From Thermoplasmata archaeon (GTDB taxonomy: Archaea; Thermoplasmatota; Thermoplasmata; Lutacidiplasmatales; UBA184), in contig DASRSW010000062.1 of the NCBI GenBank assembly GCA_035656275.1, positions 986-64,985 of the forward strand: 64,000 nucleotides of DNA, read 5' to 3'. The notes under the pieces are model-generated. The model saw nothing but the letters and a program-made list of their open reading frames with translations, searched no databases and had not been told where the DNA came from. Shown here one piece after another: positions 1 through 9,321 of this stretch. Position numbers and translations under genes: made by a program. How positions within the stretch are numbered: position 1 is the first letter of the stretch; each line of letters opens with the position of its first letter.

Positions 1-132
1 CGGGTGTGCAGGCGCCCCTTGGGGGAATTGCTGCTAGATTGGGGCGGCGCAAATCTCTGGACACTACATTACAGTGTGACAACCTAGCAACCTACATCTA
101 CCCACACCACACTGTGGCGTGCGAGGTCCCTT

Positions 133-966
133 ATGGGAAGTCTTCGACTCTGGAAAGCGATCCCTGGACGGAAACCCATTCGAGCAGGACTAACCGGCAT
201 CGGCGGAGCGCTGGTCGCGCTGATCCTAGTCGCGGCCCCGATCTCCGCCTACACTTGGCATGGAACGACTTGGAATGCGCTGGGAACCACGTCGGCTGCT
301 GGTATCGTCTCCGGAACTGGCGTCGTCACCCCTGCTCTTGGGCAGCCGACCGCGGCTGGTCCGGGTCCCGTTACGGTGACCTTCGGCGCCTCCGCCTCCA
401 CAGGAGGTGGGGTGGGGCAGGCGAACTACATTCAAACGGCCCATGCATGGACAGCGACGACCTTTGTGGCGTGGAAACCCGCCGGGTCGCACTACAACAC
501 CAGCGTCCTTTACGGATTCAAGCTGGCCGCAGGCGACCTGAGCGAGACCGTGAACTGCTATGCCGGTGGTTCGGCCAACGCCACCGCCGTCATCTACGTC
601 GAGATCGCGATTTACGACGTAACGACGGGGGTCTACGCGGCCGCCCTTGGGCCAACGCCGACGCTCACGCCTCACGGGGCTTGGGGCCTTATCGCTGCGT
701 TTGCGACACCAGCAGCCCCATTCAATGTGGCCTGCATAGGAGTAGGAACCGTGACGGCCAACAGCCTGGCGATGACCATTCCCCCCTACGGGAACCTGAC
801 GGGGCCGATCGGGATCGTGCTGAATCCTGGAAACACGTACCAGATCGAGGGCTTCTTGGGGGCCTACGTCGGAGCGCAAACGACTATCGGTGGCGCGACT
901 GCGAGCGCGACGATTTCGTTTGCGCCGGGAGACGTTGCGGAGATCGTCAACGCGAACGCGTGGTGA
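133..966 (+). CDS. Secreted/surface protein with N-terminal signal peptide and many N-x-S/T sequons (paralog A of a duplicated glycoprotein gene)
   Basis: N-terminal hydrophobic signal-like segment (ALVALILVAAPISA). Repeated NxS/T sequons. About 45-50% identical by eye over the full length to the ORF at 12896-13720, with the same C-terminal ending (EIxxxNAW/Y). Confidence 0.6.
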   Translation: MGSLRLWKAIPGRKPIRAGLTGIGGALVALILVAAPISAYTWHGTTWNALGTTSAAGIVSGTGVVTPALGQPTAAGPGPVTVTFGASASTGGGVGQANYIQTAHAWTATTFVAWKPAGSHYNTSVLYGFKLAAGDLSETVNCYAGGSANATAVIYVEIAIYDVTTGVYAAALGPTPTLTPHGAWGLIAAFATPAAPFNVACIGVGTVTANSLAMTIPPYGNLTGPIGIVLNPGNTYQIEGFLGAYVGAQTTIGGATASATISFAPGDVAEIVNANAW

Positions 967-1049
967 AGCGCGTCCAAGAGGGACGGGCCGATCGGCCCGC
1001 CGGCTAACCCCGGCGGGCCAAATCCTTTCCTCGGCCGCGGGCCTAGCTC

Positions 1050-2744
1050 TTACGAACCCACAGCCGATGCGGAATCGAGTCCGAGTGACCTAAGGATCTG
1101 CCCTTGGTTTCGAGCCACGAACGCGTTCCGGATCGTGTAGACTCTTTCAGTCAGCTGGTTCCGACGGAGTCTCAGGAAGTCCTCCGTCACGTCGGCCGGT
1201 CGTTGAGTCAACCCCTCCGCATCGGCTCCGGCTTCGTGAATGTCGGCGAGACCTTCAACGAGCCCGAGAAGCATCTCGTTGCTCTCCCTCGTTACCTCCC
1301 TGAGCGATTTCTCATAGGATTCGGCTCCGTCCAGGTCGGGGAAGAGGCGTTCGCTTACGGCTCGCTCTTCCCATACACTCTTGAGAAGAGTCGAAAGCGC
1401 CCCGTTCCCATGAATCCATCCCGCGAAATTGACGAGTGGGGCCAGTTCCTCATAGAAAGCGTTCAAACGAGGATCGAGAAAGTCATAGTCGGGATTACAG
1501 ACGTCCCCACGGAACCGCCCGGTGGACTCCAGGGTCTTCTTGATCGGAGTGCCGTCGTACGGAAGCATTCGACAGAAGATCGCCGGATTGGTGCCGTCGC
1601 CGACGATCTGACGAAGGAAGCGAACGTTGGAGCGGACCGAATCGAACGTGCTTGAGGGATCGAGGAGCATGAAGCCGAAATCAAAGCGGATTCCGAGGCT
1701 CTTGAGAATCGATACAGCCCGAAGATTCTCCTCCACTGTCGTCCCCTTGTTCAACGTCTCGAGGCCCTCCTCCGTACCGGACTCGAGACCCATGTAGACC
1801 ATGTAGAGTCCGGCCTCCTTGAGCCTCGCGAATAAGGTCGATTCCACCGAGTCCGCCCGACAATTGATCTTCCAGATGGTGCGCTCCGGCAGCTTCGACC
1901 CGTGAAGTTCGCCGAGCAACTCATCGGTCCAGCGGCGCCAGGCTGGACCGAAAAGCGGGAAGTCATCGTCCTGGAACAGGAAGATGCTTGCGTCTTTCCG
2001 TTCGCGAAGGTGCAACATTTCGCGGACGACCTCCGCCGGACGGCGGGTCCGTACGACTTTGCCTCGGACGGAACGATAGAAGGCGTGGATCGAACAGAAG
2101 GAGCAAGTCCGGGAGCACCCTCGGCTGGCAAGTATCGGCATGATCCTTCGGCCCAGAATCATGTCACCGTCGTACTCTCGGTCGGGGAATGGCAGGTCGT
2201 CAAGGTTCGTAATCAGAGGGCGCAGCTCGTTGCAGACCCCCCCAATATCGCCCCGATAAGCGATGCCCCGAAGGTCATGCCACTCTCGGTGGGTTGCGAC
2301 TCGATCGACCAGCTCAAGGAGTGTCTGTTCTCCCTCGAACCGGACGACGCTGTCCAGATCAGGGATCAGATCGAGGGTCCGCTCCCAACTGAGACTGGGA
2401 AAGTGGCCTCCGATCGTGAAGTGAGACGACACGCCATGGGACCGAAAATAGCGGGCAAGGTACGCGAATCGGTGGACATGGAACTGAAAAATCAGGGAGA
2501 ATCCGATGACGCTGGGCTGCTCTTGCTGCGCCCGGCCCAAAAGCGTCTCGGCCTCGTCCTCGAAGTCGCCCACGATTACCTTGTACCCCTCTTGGCGAAC
2601 CACAGCCGAAAGGTAACCGAGCCCCAAGTTCCCCTGTTGTTGGAACCCAATGAGCATGACCGGACGCGACAAGTCTCGAGCGAAAGTCGAATCAACTCTT
2701 CCTTCGAGCCTCGAGAGCTGAACGAAGGAGGGGCCGACCGTCAT
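1050..2744 (-). CDS. B12-binding-domain radical SAM protein (class B rSAM)
   Basis: N-terminal cobalamin-binding-like Rossmann segment (VMLIGFQQQGNLGLGYLSAVV..). Canonical CxxxCxxC motif (ASRGCSRTCSFCS). Long C-terminal extension. Confidence 0.8.
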   Translation of the reverse strand: MTVGPSFVQLSRLEGRVDSTFARDLSRPVMLIGFQQQGNLGLGYLSAVVRQEGYKVIVGDFEDEAETLLGRAQQEQPSVIGFSLIFQFHVHRFAYLARYFRSHGVSSHFTIGGHFPSLSWERTLDLIPDLDSVVRFEGEQTLLELVDRVATHREWHDLRGIAYRGDIGGVCNELRPLITNLDDLPFPDREYDGDMILGRRIMPILASRGCSRTCSFCSIHAFYRSVRGKVVRTRRPAEVVREMLHLRERKDASIFLFQDDDFPLFGPAWRRWTDELLGELHGSKLPERTIWKINCRADSVESTLFARLKEAGLYMVYMGLESGTEEGLETLNKGTTVEENLRAVSILKSLGIRFDFGFMLLDPSSTFDSVRSNVRFLRQIVGDGTNPAIFCRMLPYDGTPIKKTLESTGRFRGDVCNPDYDFLDPRLNAFYEELAPLVNFAGWIHGNGALSTLLKSVWEERAVSERLFPDLDGAESYEKSLREVTRESNEMLLGLVEGLADIHEAGADAEGLTQRPADVTEDFLRLRRNQLTERVYTIRNAFVARNQGQILRSLGLDSASAVGS

Positions 2745-2759
2745 GCTCGGGGGCCGGCG

Positions 2760-2990
2760 CTAACGAGTGAGCGTCTTGGCGATCCTCTCGTTAGCCGAGA
2801 TCTGGGCATCAATCATAGCTCTCTGGGCTGTGAGCATCGCTCGCTCCCGCTCGAGCACGATCCCGGCGAGCTGCACCTGGAGCTCCCTCGAGAGCAAGGA
2901 AAGAACCCAGGGAACGGGATCTCCGATCGGCCACCGCGGAAGGCGCAACACTTCTGCAAGCATCTCGGCCTGCCTGTCTTGCTCTGGCAT
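2760..2990 (-). CDS. Small helical hypothetical protein (76 aa) immediately upstream of and co-directional with the rSAM gene
   Basis: ORF ends 16 nt before the rSAM start. No Cys. Predicted all-helical. Confidence 0.35.
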   Translation of the reverse strand: MPEQDRQAEMLAEVLRLPRWPIGDPVPWVLSLLSRELQVQLAGIVLERERAMLTAQRAMIDAQISANERIAKTLTR

Positions 2991-3322
2991 GGCAGGGACA
3001 TTGATATCCCCGATTAAAATCTATCTGACGGCCCTAGACACTTACCTACTACACCGGACCTTGTCCCAGAGGCTGAAGGTCAACCCGATAGCGCCCGAAT
3101 GGGGGATTGGCGCTAGCCGCGCGATTGGTTCCCGGAGTAGTCTCGATGAGCGCAGCCCCCGCCCTGCGTGCGACCTCTCGGCGAGGCTGTAGGCCAAGTC
3201 TCTGTGCGAGCCAGTCTACCCCCGGCAGGATAGGTCGCCACAGTAGTTGACGGCAGAATAGCGATCGCCGCTTCTCTGGGACAGGGAGCTTCGACGCAGG
3301 CAAGAGAAAGCCGCCTGACAAG

Positions 3323-3346
3323 GTTCGAACTCGCCGACGAGCTCGG
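3323..3346 (-). other. tRNA 3'-end-like remnant (T-arm plus CCTTGTCAGG), putative att scar
   Basis: Minus-sense GCGAG-TTCGAAC-CTTGT-CAGGCGG. No matching 5' acceptor half found nearby. Confidence 0.35.
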
Positions 3347-3681
3347 AAAGCAATCTGCCCTTCGTCGAGGTCTTCCCCGGCGAGAGCCCCCGCGACCCGG
3401 AGCTGCGGTGGGGTCCGGTAGCGACGTGTCTCTGTGGAGGTCCCGCGCGAAAGGACTCACACGGCCGCGTCGCGGTGGGGCGCTCGTGAAGCTGAACGCT
3501 ACGCGGGCTGGGAGGGTCGATGGTTTCCCCATTGTCGGGAAACCGATTGGCCAACAGGGCAAGGATTGGAAGGTACTCAGCTCCGATTGAAGAAAACACG
3601 CGGCTGGTCAAGTCAGGGACCTCCCCCGCGGAGGATCGACTGAGGAGTCCAATGGCAGCCGATCTGACGTCGAGCGCGTAG

Positions 3682-4065
3682 CTACGCCTTCGAGAGCTCT
3701 TGTATCAGCCCTCCAAGGTCAGAGTTCAGGAGGCTGGTCCTTCGACTTAGGATCACTCGTGCGGCGCCGGTGCATGGATCGTCGGGGTCGAAGGGGGGGA
3801 TCTTGTAGAGCCTCGTCGACCTGTGGAACAGGTTGGCGTCTGCGACTTTCACAGATAGCGCCCGAGCTTGGTGGAGTGTCCTGGCAGAGATGACCGCCTC
3901 CACGAATCGCACGTCGGCTGGCCGGAGCCTCAGTCGGGCTGACTCGTGACCGAGCAAGGTCCGGTAATTCGACATGGCACTGCGGAACGTGGGGTCGATG
4001 CGTACTCCCTCTTTCCTAGCGCGCACCTGGACTAAGTCGATGACTCCTTTAGCTGAACGGGGCAT
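3682..4065 (-). CDS. Hypothetical protein (127 aa)
   Basis: ORF only. Confidence 0.3.
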   Translation of the reverse strand: MPRSAKGVIDLVQVRARKEGVRIDPTFRSAMSNYRTLLGHESARLRLRPADVRFVEAVISARTLHQARALSVKVADANLFHRSTRLYKIPPFDPDDPCTGAARVILSRRTSLLNSDLGGLIQELSKA

Positions 4066-4092
4066 ACGGGCCGTAATGTATTACGGGTTAAG

Positions 4093-4968
4093 GTGATTGT
4101 CTTGGATACCGAGGATTCACAAGCTAGCGAAACGCCTGCCCTGGACACGACCCCCCTGCCGGTAACTCCATCGAGAATGGGATCATCCGGCGGTCTCGGG
4201 CAAGGGCTGGTCGCTCAGCCGCCATCAGGAGCGACCATGGATGGCGCGTTATCTCAGAAGAGACGCACCGCGAACAAGGAAGGTAAGCCTTCGGAGCTGC
4301 AGACCAAGATCGCAGAGCTTCACGGGATTCTCGCGGTCGCGTCGGAGAATGGACTCTTCGCGAAGGGGGCGGCTGGAGAGCGTCACTTCGCGGCGTTAAA
4401 GACATCGCTCGAGCGAGCGTCGGTTCTCTCAGACGGTGAGGTTCCGAGTGAACACGAGGCATACTCCGCCCTCCAGGATTTCTACAAGGAACTGAGTGAA
4501 GCGCAGAATGAGGCGGGGTTTGGATGGCGGTTCGTCCAGCTGTACGCAGTCCCGGCGTGGATCTACCTGGTGCTTACTCCGTTGGCGGTCTACTTCATTC
4601 AGAACTGGTACCACCTCTTGCCAAGCTCGCCCATTCTCGAAGCATCAATATGGGGACTTCTGGGTGGCTGCCTGCAGGGTTTCTACTGGATCTGGCAACA
4701 AGTGAGCCGCGGACAATTCAGGGCACAGTGGGCCTTCTGGGTGCTCTCACTTCCCCCGGGCGGACTGATCTTCGGGGCGATTGCCTATCTGGTCGTCACC
4801 GGAGGATTGTTGTCGCTGTTCACCACGTCGCCGCCTGCCATCAACGAGACATCGGCCTTTCTTTTCTCCGCATTGGCCGGCTTCAGCTGGAAGGACTTTG
4901 CTCGCCTGCTGAAACAGTTCTGGGATCGACTGGGAACGGAACCTGCAAAAGGTCAAGCAACCAAGTGA
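4093..4968 (+). CDS. Hypothetical membrane protein (soluble N-terminal half, about 4 C-terminal TM helices)
   Basis: Hydrophobic segments from residue ~150 onward. AT-rich box about 20 nt upstream. Confidence 0.55.
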   Translation: MIVLDTEDSQASETPALDTTPLPVTPSRMGSSGGLGQGLVAQPPSGATMDGALSQKRRTANKEGKPSELQTKIAELHGILAVASENGLFAKGAAGERHFAALKTSLERASVLSDGEVPSEHEAYSALQDFYKELSEAQNEAGFGWRFVQLYAVPAWIYLVLTPLAVYFIQNWYHLLPSSPILEASIWGLLGGCLQGFYWIWQQVSRGQFRAQWAFWVLSLPPGGLIFGAIAYLVVTGGLLSLFTTSPPAINETSAFLFSALAGFSWKDFARLLKQFWDRLGTEPAKGQATK

Positions 4969-5046
4969 CTCGCTTAACGCGCGGGAGCCTCTGTTGACGA
5001 CGATCTCCTAGGCACAGAACCAGGGTGGGAACCCGGTTGGTCGAGT

Positions 5047-5150
5047 CCTGACAAGGATTCGAACCGCCCAGCGTTTCAAAAGCTCTGGATTCGAGGGTAG
5101 GCATGTTATGGGGAGTTTCGGGGATTCGAGAGTCCATCCCCGGGTGGTCG
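5047..5150 (-). repeat. Array of degenerate tRNA T-arm/3'-end-like remnants (GGTTCGAATCC-CTTGTCAGG plus two further CTCGAATCC-like copies)
   Basis: The minus-sense sequence contains CTCGAATCCCCG, CCTCGAATCCAGAG and GGTTCGAATCCTTGTCAGG within about 100 nt. The T-stem does not pair canonically and no 5' half was found. I interpret this as stacked att remnants. Confidence 0.4.
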
Positions 5151-5415
5151 ACCACCTTTGTCCTCGGGTGTTGGGCGAGATTTCGTACTCATCCTGCACG
5201 GCCCGCGTCTCGCCCGGGATTCTCGGATGCTCAGATTCAACGTTCGTTCTGCGGGGGATCGGCTGGACCCCAGTTGGCGAGTTGTGTTCCACCGAGGAGC
5301 GAATTCCACTTGCGCCCCTCATCAGGTCCTTCCGAAGGCACCTGCATCTTCCTGATTCGTCTGCTCGGTACGGCAAGGAAGGATTGCAACCGAACGACCT
5401 CTCGGCCCGGTATGA

Positions 5416-7107
5416 CTACGGGAAGAGGCCGGTGTCGGGAAGCGGATCAACTTGAATGGGTATGGCTCCGCCATAGGTCACCCGTGGAGTCGGATTGTCT
5501 CTGGACCCCGAATCAGGCTTGGAAACTGTCGAGTCGTTCGCCTTAAACACCCTATGGTAACGCAGCATCGCCTCATTCGCAGACTGAGCTCTACCGAGGT
5601 CCGTATACACCTCGATTAGCGCGGGCAATAGGACGAAGCCTTCCAGCGCCATGTAGTTCGCCTGAAGAATCCTGTCAGCTTCCTCCAAGTATGGTAGGGC
5701 TTGTGTGGGCATGCCAGCCACACGGTAAAGATTGCCGAGAAGGCTAGATAGTCGAGCCCTGATCGCCGGAGGTAGTACTGTTCGATATCGTTCTAGTAGG
5801 TCTTCGATAACCAGGATGCCCTCTGCGGCGCCATCCGGCTCTTCAAGGATGCAGTTGGCGTACAGCAGTTTGCATTGGGCTTCTAGCATCGGACTCGGAT
5901 TGTTCAGGAGGTCCAACAATTGTACTGCTGTTGCGCTGTACAGGAACATCCTGGCTCGCATCTGTTGCACACGGCGAGTTACATCGAAGGGGGTTGAAGT
6001 CTCTGTGGAGCCAAGTTGCACCTGTCGGATTGTCGCGATTCTTCGTCCCACGGCAACCGCCGCAATGTAGTTTGTAATCAGCCTGTCCTCGACAGATTCT
6101 GCTGTCAAACTCATGCGGCTAAGATCAGCGGAGGGGATTTCTACCATGGACTTGCCGGAGTCGAAGGTACCCCACCAGGCCGCCTCTGTTAGGTTGAGGC
6201 GTATCACCGTCTGGCAGAACTGACGGGCGTTCGATAGGTGATACTGCAGCTTGTTGAGCTTTAGTCGGGGACTGGCTTGATGGACCGCTTTAGGACGGAC
6301 GAAGTCCTCCGTGATGGAGAGTCTTGCCAGAAGTTTGGCCAGGAGCGCTCTCGTATCGCACTTGACAGCGGTTCCGTGTAGTGATCCCTTCAAGTCGCTC
6401 CTGAGAACTGCGTTCAGGTCCTCGACCTGGAACCCCGGCCCTGCCTCCTGGTGATTGACCAATATCAGTCTGCTATCAGTCGGACCGATGTCTCTGAGAG
6501 TTGGGTTAATGTCGAAGTAGTCAGAAAAGCTGTAACCAAGTACTAGCACGAGCCCATGCCCATCTTTTGCTAGGAGCTCTTCTAGACTTGAGCGGAGCTC
6601 CGGCCTGGCCTGATTACGAACAAGCTCCTCTGACGTGGCCTTAACGGAAGCGGGGTCAGAGGCTCGCCCGTGAAGATGGTCAACGTCCAGCCTGAACTCC
6701 TCAGTGGGGTCCAATCGAAACCGGCCCGACCGGCTAAGAGAATTGGCCGCTTTCTCCACAAGTTCATCAAAGTTTGTCGTCACTACCCGTCTGGTGCAGC
6801 CCGCCGACATAATCGCGGCGATGGCGTAGTGCTCGAACGTTGGCTCCGCCGATGAAAATACATCCAGCAGTTCGCCGTAGAAAGAACCACCAAGTGATCC
6901 GATTATCACCTCAAGCGGGAGCTGTCTCACTCGAGGAGGAATCGGGTCGAGCCACAGCGCCGACAAAATTGAATTCGAGATGCTGAGAGCACCAGGGATT
7001 CCCGATGGTATCGAGACTCCCGCACCTAACCATAATGCTAGCTCGCCGCGTCTCGCGGAGCCAGCCAGAATCTCGATGATACCGTCAACAGAGTCCGGAG
7101 TCGTCAT
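5416..7107 (-). CDS. SIR2-like (SIR2_2 / DHS-like NAD-binding) domain protein fused to a C-terminal TPR-like helical-repeat domain
   Basis: N-terminal motifs LWLGAGVSIPSGIP, VVTTNFDELVEKA, VDHLHG and LVLGYSFSDYFD match the defence-type SIR2_2 signature (GAGxS / TTNYD / LHG / GYSxxD). The C-terminal ~300 aa is a helical repeat. Confidence 0.75.
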   Translation of the reverse strand: MTTPDSVDGIIEILAGSARRGELALWLGAGVSIPSGIPGALSISNSILSALWLDPIPPRVRQLPLEVIIGSLGGSFYGELLDVFSSAEPTFEHYAIAAIMSAGCTRRVVTTNFDELVEKAANSLSRSGRFRLDPTEEFRLDVDHLHGRASDPASVKATSEELVRNQARPELRSSLEELLAKDGHGLVLVLGYSFSDYFDINPTLRDIGPTDSRLILVNHQEAGPGFQVEDLNAVLRSDLKGSLHGTAVKCDTRALLAKLLARLSITEDFVRPKAVHQASPRLKLNKLQYHLSNARQFCQTVIRLNLTEAAWWGTFDSGKSMVEIPSADLSRMSLTAESVEDRLITNYIAAVAVGRRIATIRQVQLGSTETSTPFDVTRRVQQMRARMFLYSATAVQLLDLLNNPSPMLEAQCKLLYANCILEEPDGAAEGILVIEDLLERYRTVLPPAIRARLSSLLGNLYRVAGMPTQALPYLEEADRILQANYMALEGFVLLPALIEVYTDLGRAQSANEAMLRYHRVFKANDSTVSKPDSGSRDNPTPRVTYGGAIPIQVDPLPDTGLFP

Positions 7108-7455
7108 GCTCCTGCCATTGAATTAGAGCGCAAACACTGTTTGAATCTTGGTTGCCCAGGCCCCCACGAGCCGCTTCTGTAATAGCACTCGGCCATTCCA
7201 ACGCCGCCCTCTCAAGCACTCGCGAGCACGATTCGACCGGCGGAAGGTGTTCCCGCCCAGACCCGAGGATCCCGGTGCTTTACCGAGACTAGTGCATCAA
7301 GCCGTCCCAAGCCTGGATGAGGAACCGAACCAGCTCCCTTCCCTGGGCCAGACCCTTGTCCGGTCGCCAACTTCGATGCCGAGTGCGAGTTCTCGTGATA
7401 TAACAGTCCTGGGGGGTTGAGATAGACCGACTTGAGGCAATCCGCCTAGCGCTTC

Positions 7456-8268
7456 CTACAACGTGCAGGTGACGGACTTCACATGGTGGAGGCCCACGAG
7501 GTCAGTGTACTCAACCGTAATGTCCAGCTGCTTCGGATCCTTGGTGAAATGGGACGAGTCGAGCTCAAATTCCGCCTTTTCACCTGCAGGAAGAACGGAA
7601 ACGTATGGCCTCCGATTAGCATCCCATTGACCGGTCGGACTTGAGAACCTCAGGGCGATCGTTACCTCCTCGGCGGGACCAAGGCCAAGGTTTCGGACCC
7701 CGACCCAGCGATGGTCCGCACGTATCAGATGCCCTTCGAATCGATAGTAGGGATCCATTGCAGGAGCGATCTTTGCGCGCTCAGTGCTGTGGCGCTCAGA
7801 CTCTGCCATGCGTTTCGCTTCCCCAGCTTCTGCAGTGAGCGAAACTATGCGGTCTTCCGCAGCGTGAAGGCGGTCCTCGAGCCGTCTTCTGTCTTCCGCG
7901 GCCTCTCGCCGCGTGTTCGTTACCTGCTCGCGAAGCTCCTTCTCGACGGCTTCGGCGGTCAGCTTTGCCTCCGAGGCTTCGCGTTGAACTCGCGAAATTT
8001 CCTGATCCTTCAGAGAAGAGTCTCTGCGCGAGGCATCCAACTCGTGTCGGAGGCGCGCGCTCCGCGAAATCGAAGCAACGAGGTAGAATCCGCCCAAGCC
8101 CAGAAGAGCGAGGAGCCCTCCGAAGGCGGATGCTTCGGATGGGTCTGCCCCAAAACGGCTGAGACTGTACGCAATAGCCGCAGCGATCCCTAGGATCGTG
8201 ATTACCGCTGCGAGGTACCCTAGAGGCCGGTCGGATTCTGAGAGCAGGCCCTGGGCTTCTCGCATCAC
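7456..8268 (-). CDS. Membrane-anchored coiled-coil protein (2 N-terminal TM helices, a long charged coiled coil, a C-terminal beta-rich domain)
   Basis: Two hydrophobic helices at residues ~18-65, then an E/R/A-rich heptad region. Confidence 0.55.
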   Translation of the reverse strand: MMREAQGLLSESDRPLGYLAAVITILGIAAAIAYSLSRFGADPSEASAFGGLLALLGLGGFYLVASISRSARLRHELDASRRDSSLKDQEISRVQREASEAKLTAEAVEKELREQVTNTRREAAEDRRRLEDRLHAAEDRIVSLTAEAGEAKRMAESERHSTERAKIAPAMDPYYRFEGHLIRADHRWVGVRNLGLGPAEEVTIALRFSSPTGQWDANRRPYVSVLPAGEKAEFELDSSHFTKDPKQLDITVEYTDLVGLHHVKSVTCTL

Positions 8269-8523
8269 GGCAGACCGTACCGCGAGTGGTGAGATAGAGA
8301 TATTGGGTTCCTATCAAGGAACGGTATCGTAGTGTCCGCGAAGTGTACTGGGTTTCTGCACGCGGCGGAAACCTGAGTGATGTCCTCGGCTGAGCTCGGT
8401 GGCCAACGACAAAAGAACTCTCCTGATGGTCCATGCACCTACACTCCTGCTGCCAATCTTGGGGGCGCTGAGAACCGCACTCCGTGACCGGTATCTTTGA
8501 AAGTTGAACAGGCCCGTTCAGAA

Positions 8524-8546
8524 CCCTCACAAGGATTCGAACCTGG
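8524..8546 (-). other. tRNA 3'-end-like remnant (CCAGG-TTCGAAT-CCTTG-TGAGGGT)
   Basis: Near-canonical T-arm (one mismatch). No 5' acceptor partner found within 150 nt. Confidence 0.35.
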
Positions 8547-8872
8547 AATAGAACTCGGTCCTCGAGGCCTCCCCAATCGTTCAAGTCTGGGCCGGCCTAT
8601 TCCTTGGGCTGGCACTCCTCGTCACTCGAACCTACGCCTTGCCGGTTGGTGCTGCTGGTAGATCTTCGGAAATCCCTGTCGCGAAATCCTGACTACCGAC
8701 CGTGTCGCAGCCACCTGGCTGAAGCACGTCTCCTAACCTGTCCGACCGCATCCTGGGCGCCTGGGGTGAAATGCAGGCGAGTCCCCTCGCAGATCCATCT
8801 CCGTCACGGTAAGCGAAGATGGGTCTCCAGGTTGCCGCAGCTTTGTTAGGCACAAACGCGAAATGCCTCTGA

Positions 8873-9127
8873 GTGAGTCCTCCATCGATGGCCGAGAAGG
8901 CATTCCGGGTGATCTACACCACACAGTGGCTCGAAGACGGGCGGCCCAAAGTCTACAGTGAGATTGTCTATGGGTTGGAGCCGGTGAGCACGGGTGAAAC
9001 ATTCAAGAAGCGGAAGATGGACGAGCACAAGGGGCTGGTAGTCCGGTTGGTCGCGGTCAACGAGATCCATTTCTCGCCCAAGGGCACACCAAGTGAACCT
9101 TCCATCAGGCTAGTCGTCGGAGACTGA
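8873..9127 (+). CDS. Small hypothetical protein (84 aa)
   Basis: ORF only. Protein-like composition. Confidence 0.25.
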   Translation: MSPPSMAEKAFRVIYTTQWLEDGRPKVYSEIVYGLEPVSTGETFKKRKMDEHKGLVVRLVAVNEIHFSPKGTPSEPSIRLVVGD

Positions 9128-9321
9128 AGCTGTCTCTTCTTCCGCCCCGACGCACGCATCTGCCCCCAGCTCTCGGGCAGCCCCTGTACCACGAACCGGC
9201 GCTCTCGAACAGCTCCGTCAATCTCCTGAAGTTTCCCTGAGCAAGAGTTCCGGCTTTCCGCCCTCGTGACATGGGTTGCCACGCGAGTGGTTCGAGGGCG
9301 GACCACAGCCCAGTTCGGCGG

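Noticed and set aside
1104-1655. 183-aa plus-strand ORF inside the rSAM gene (and the small ORFs 1463-2131)
   Set aside because: Antisense to a strongly supported radical SAM gene.
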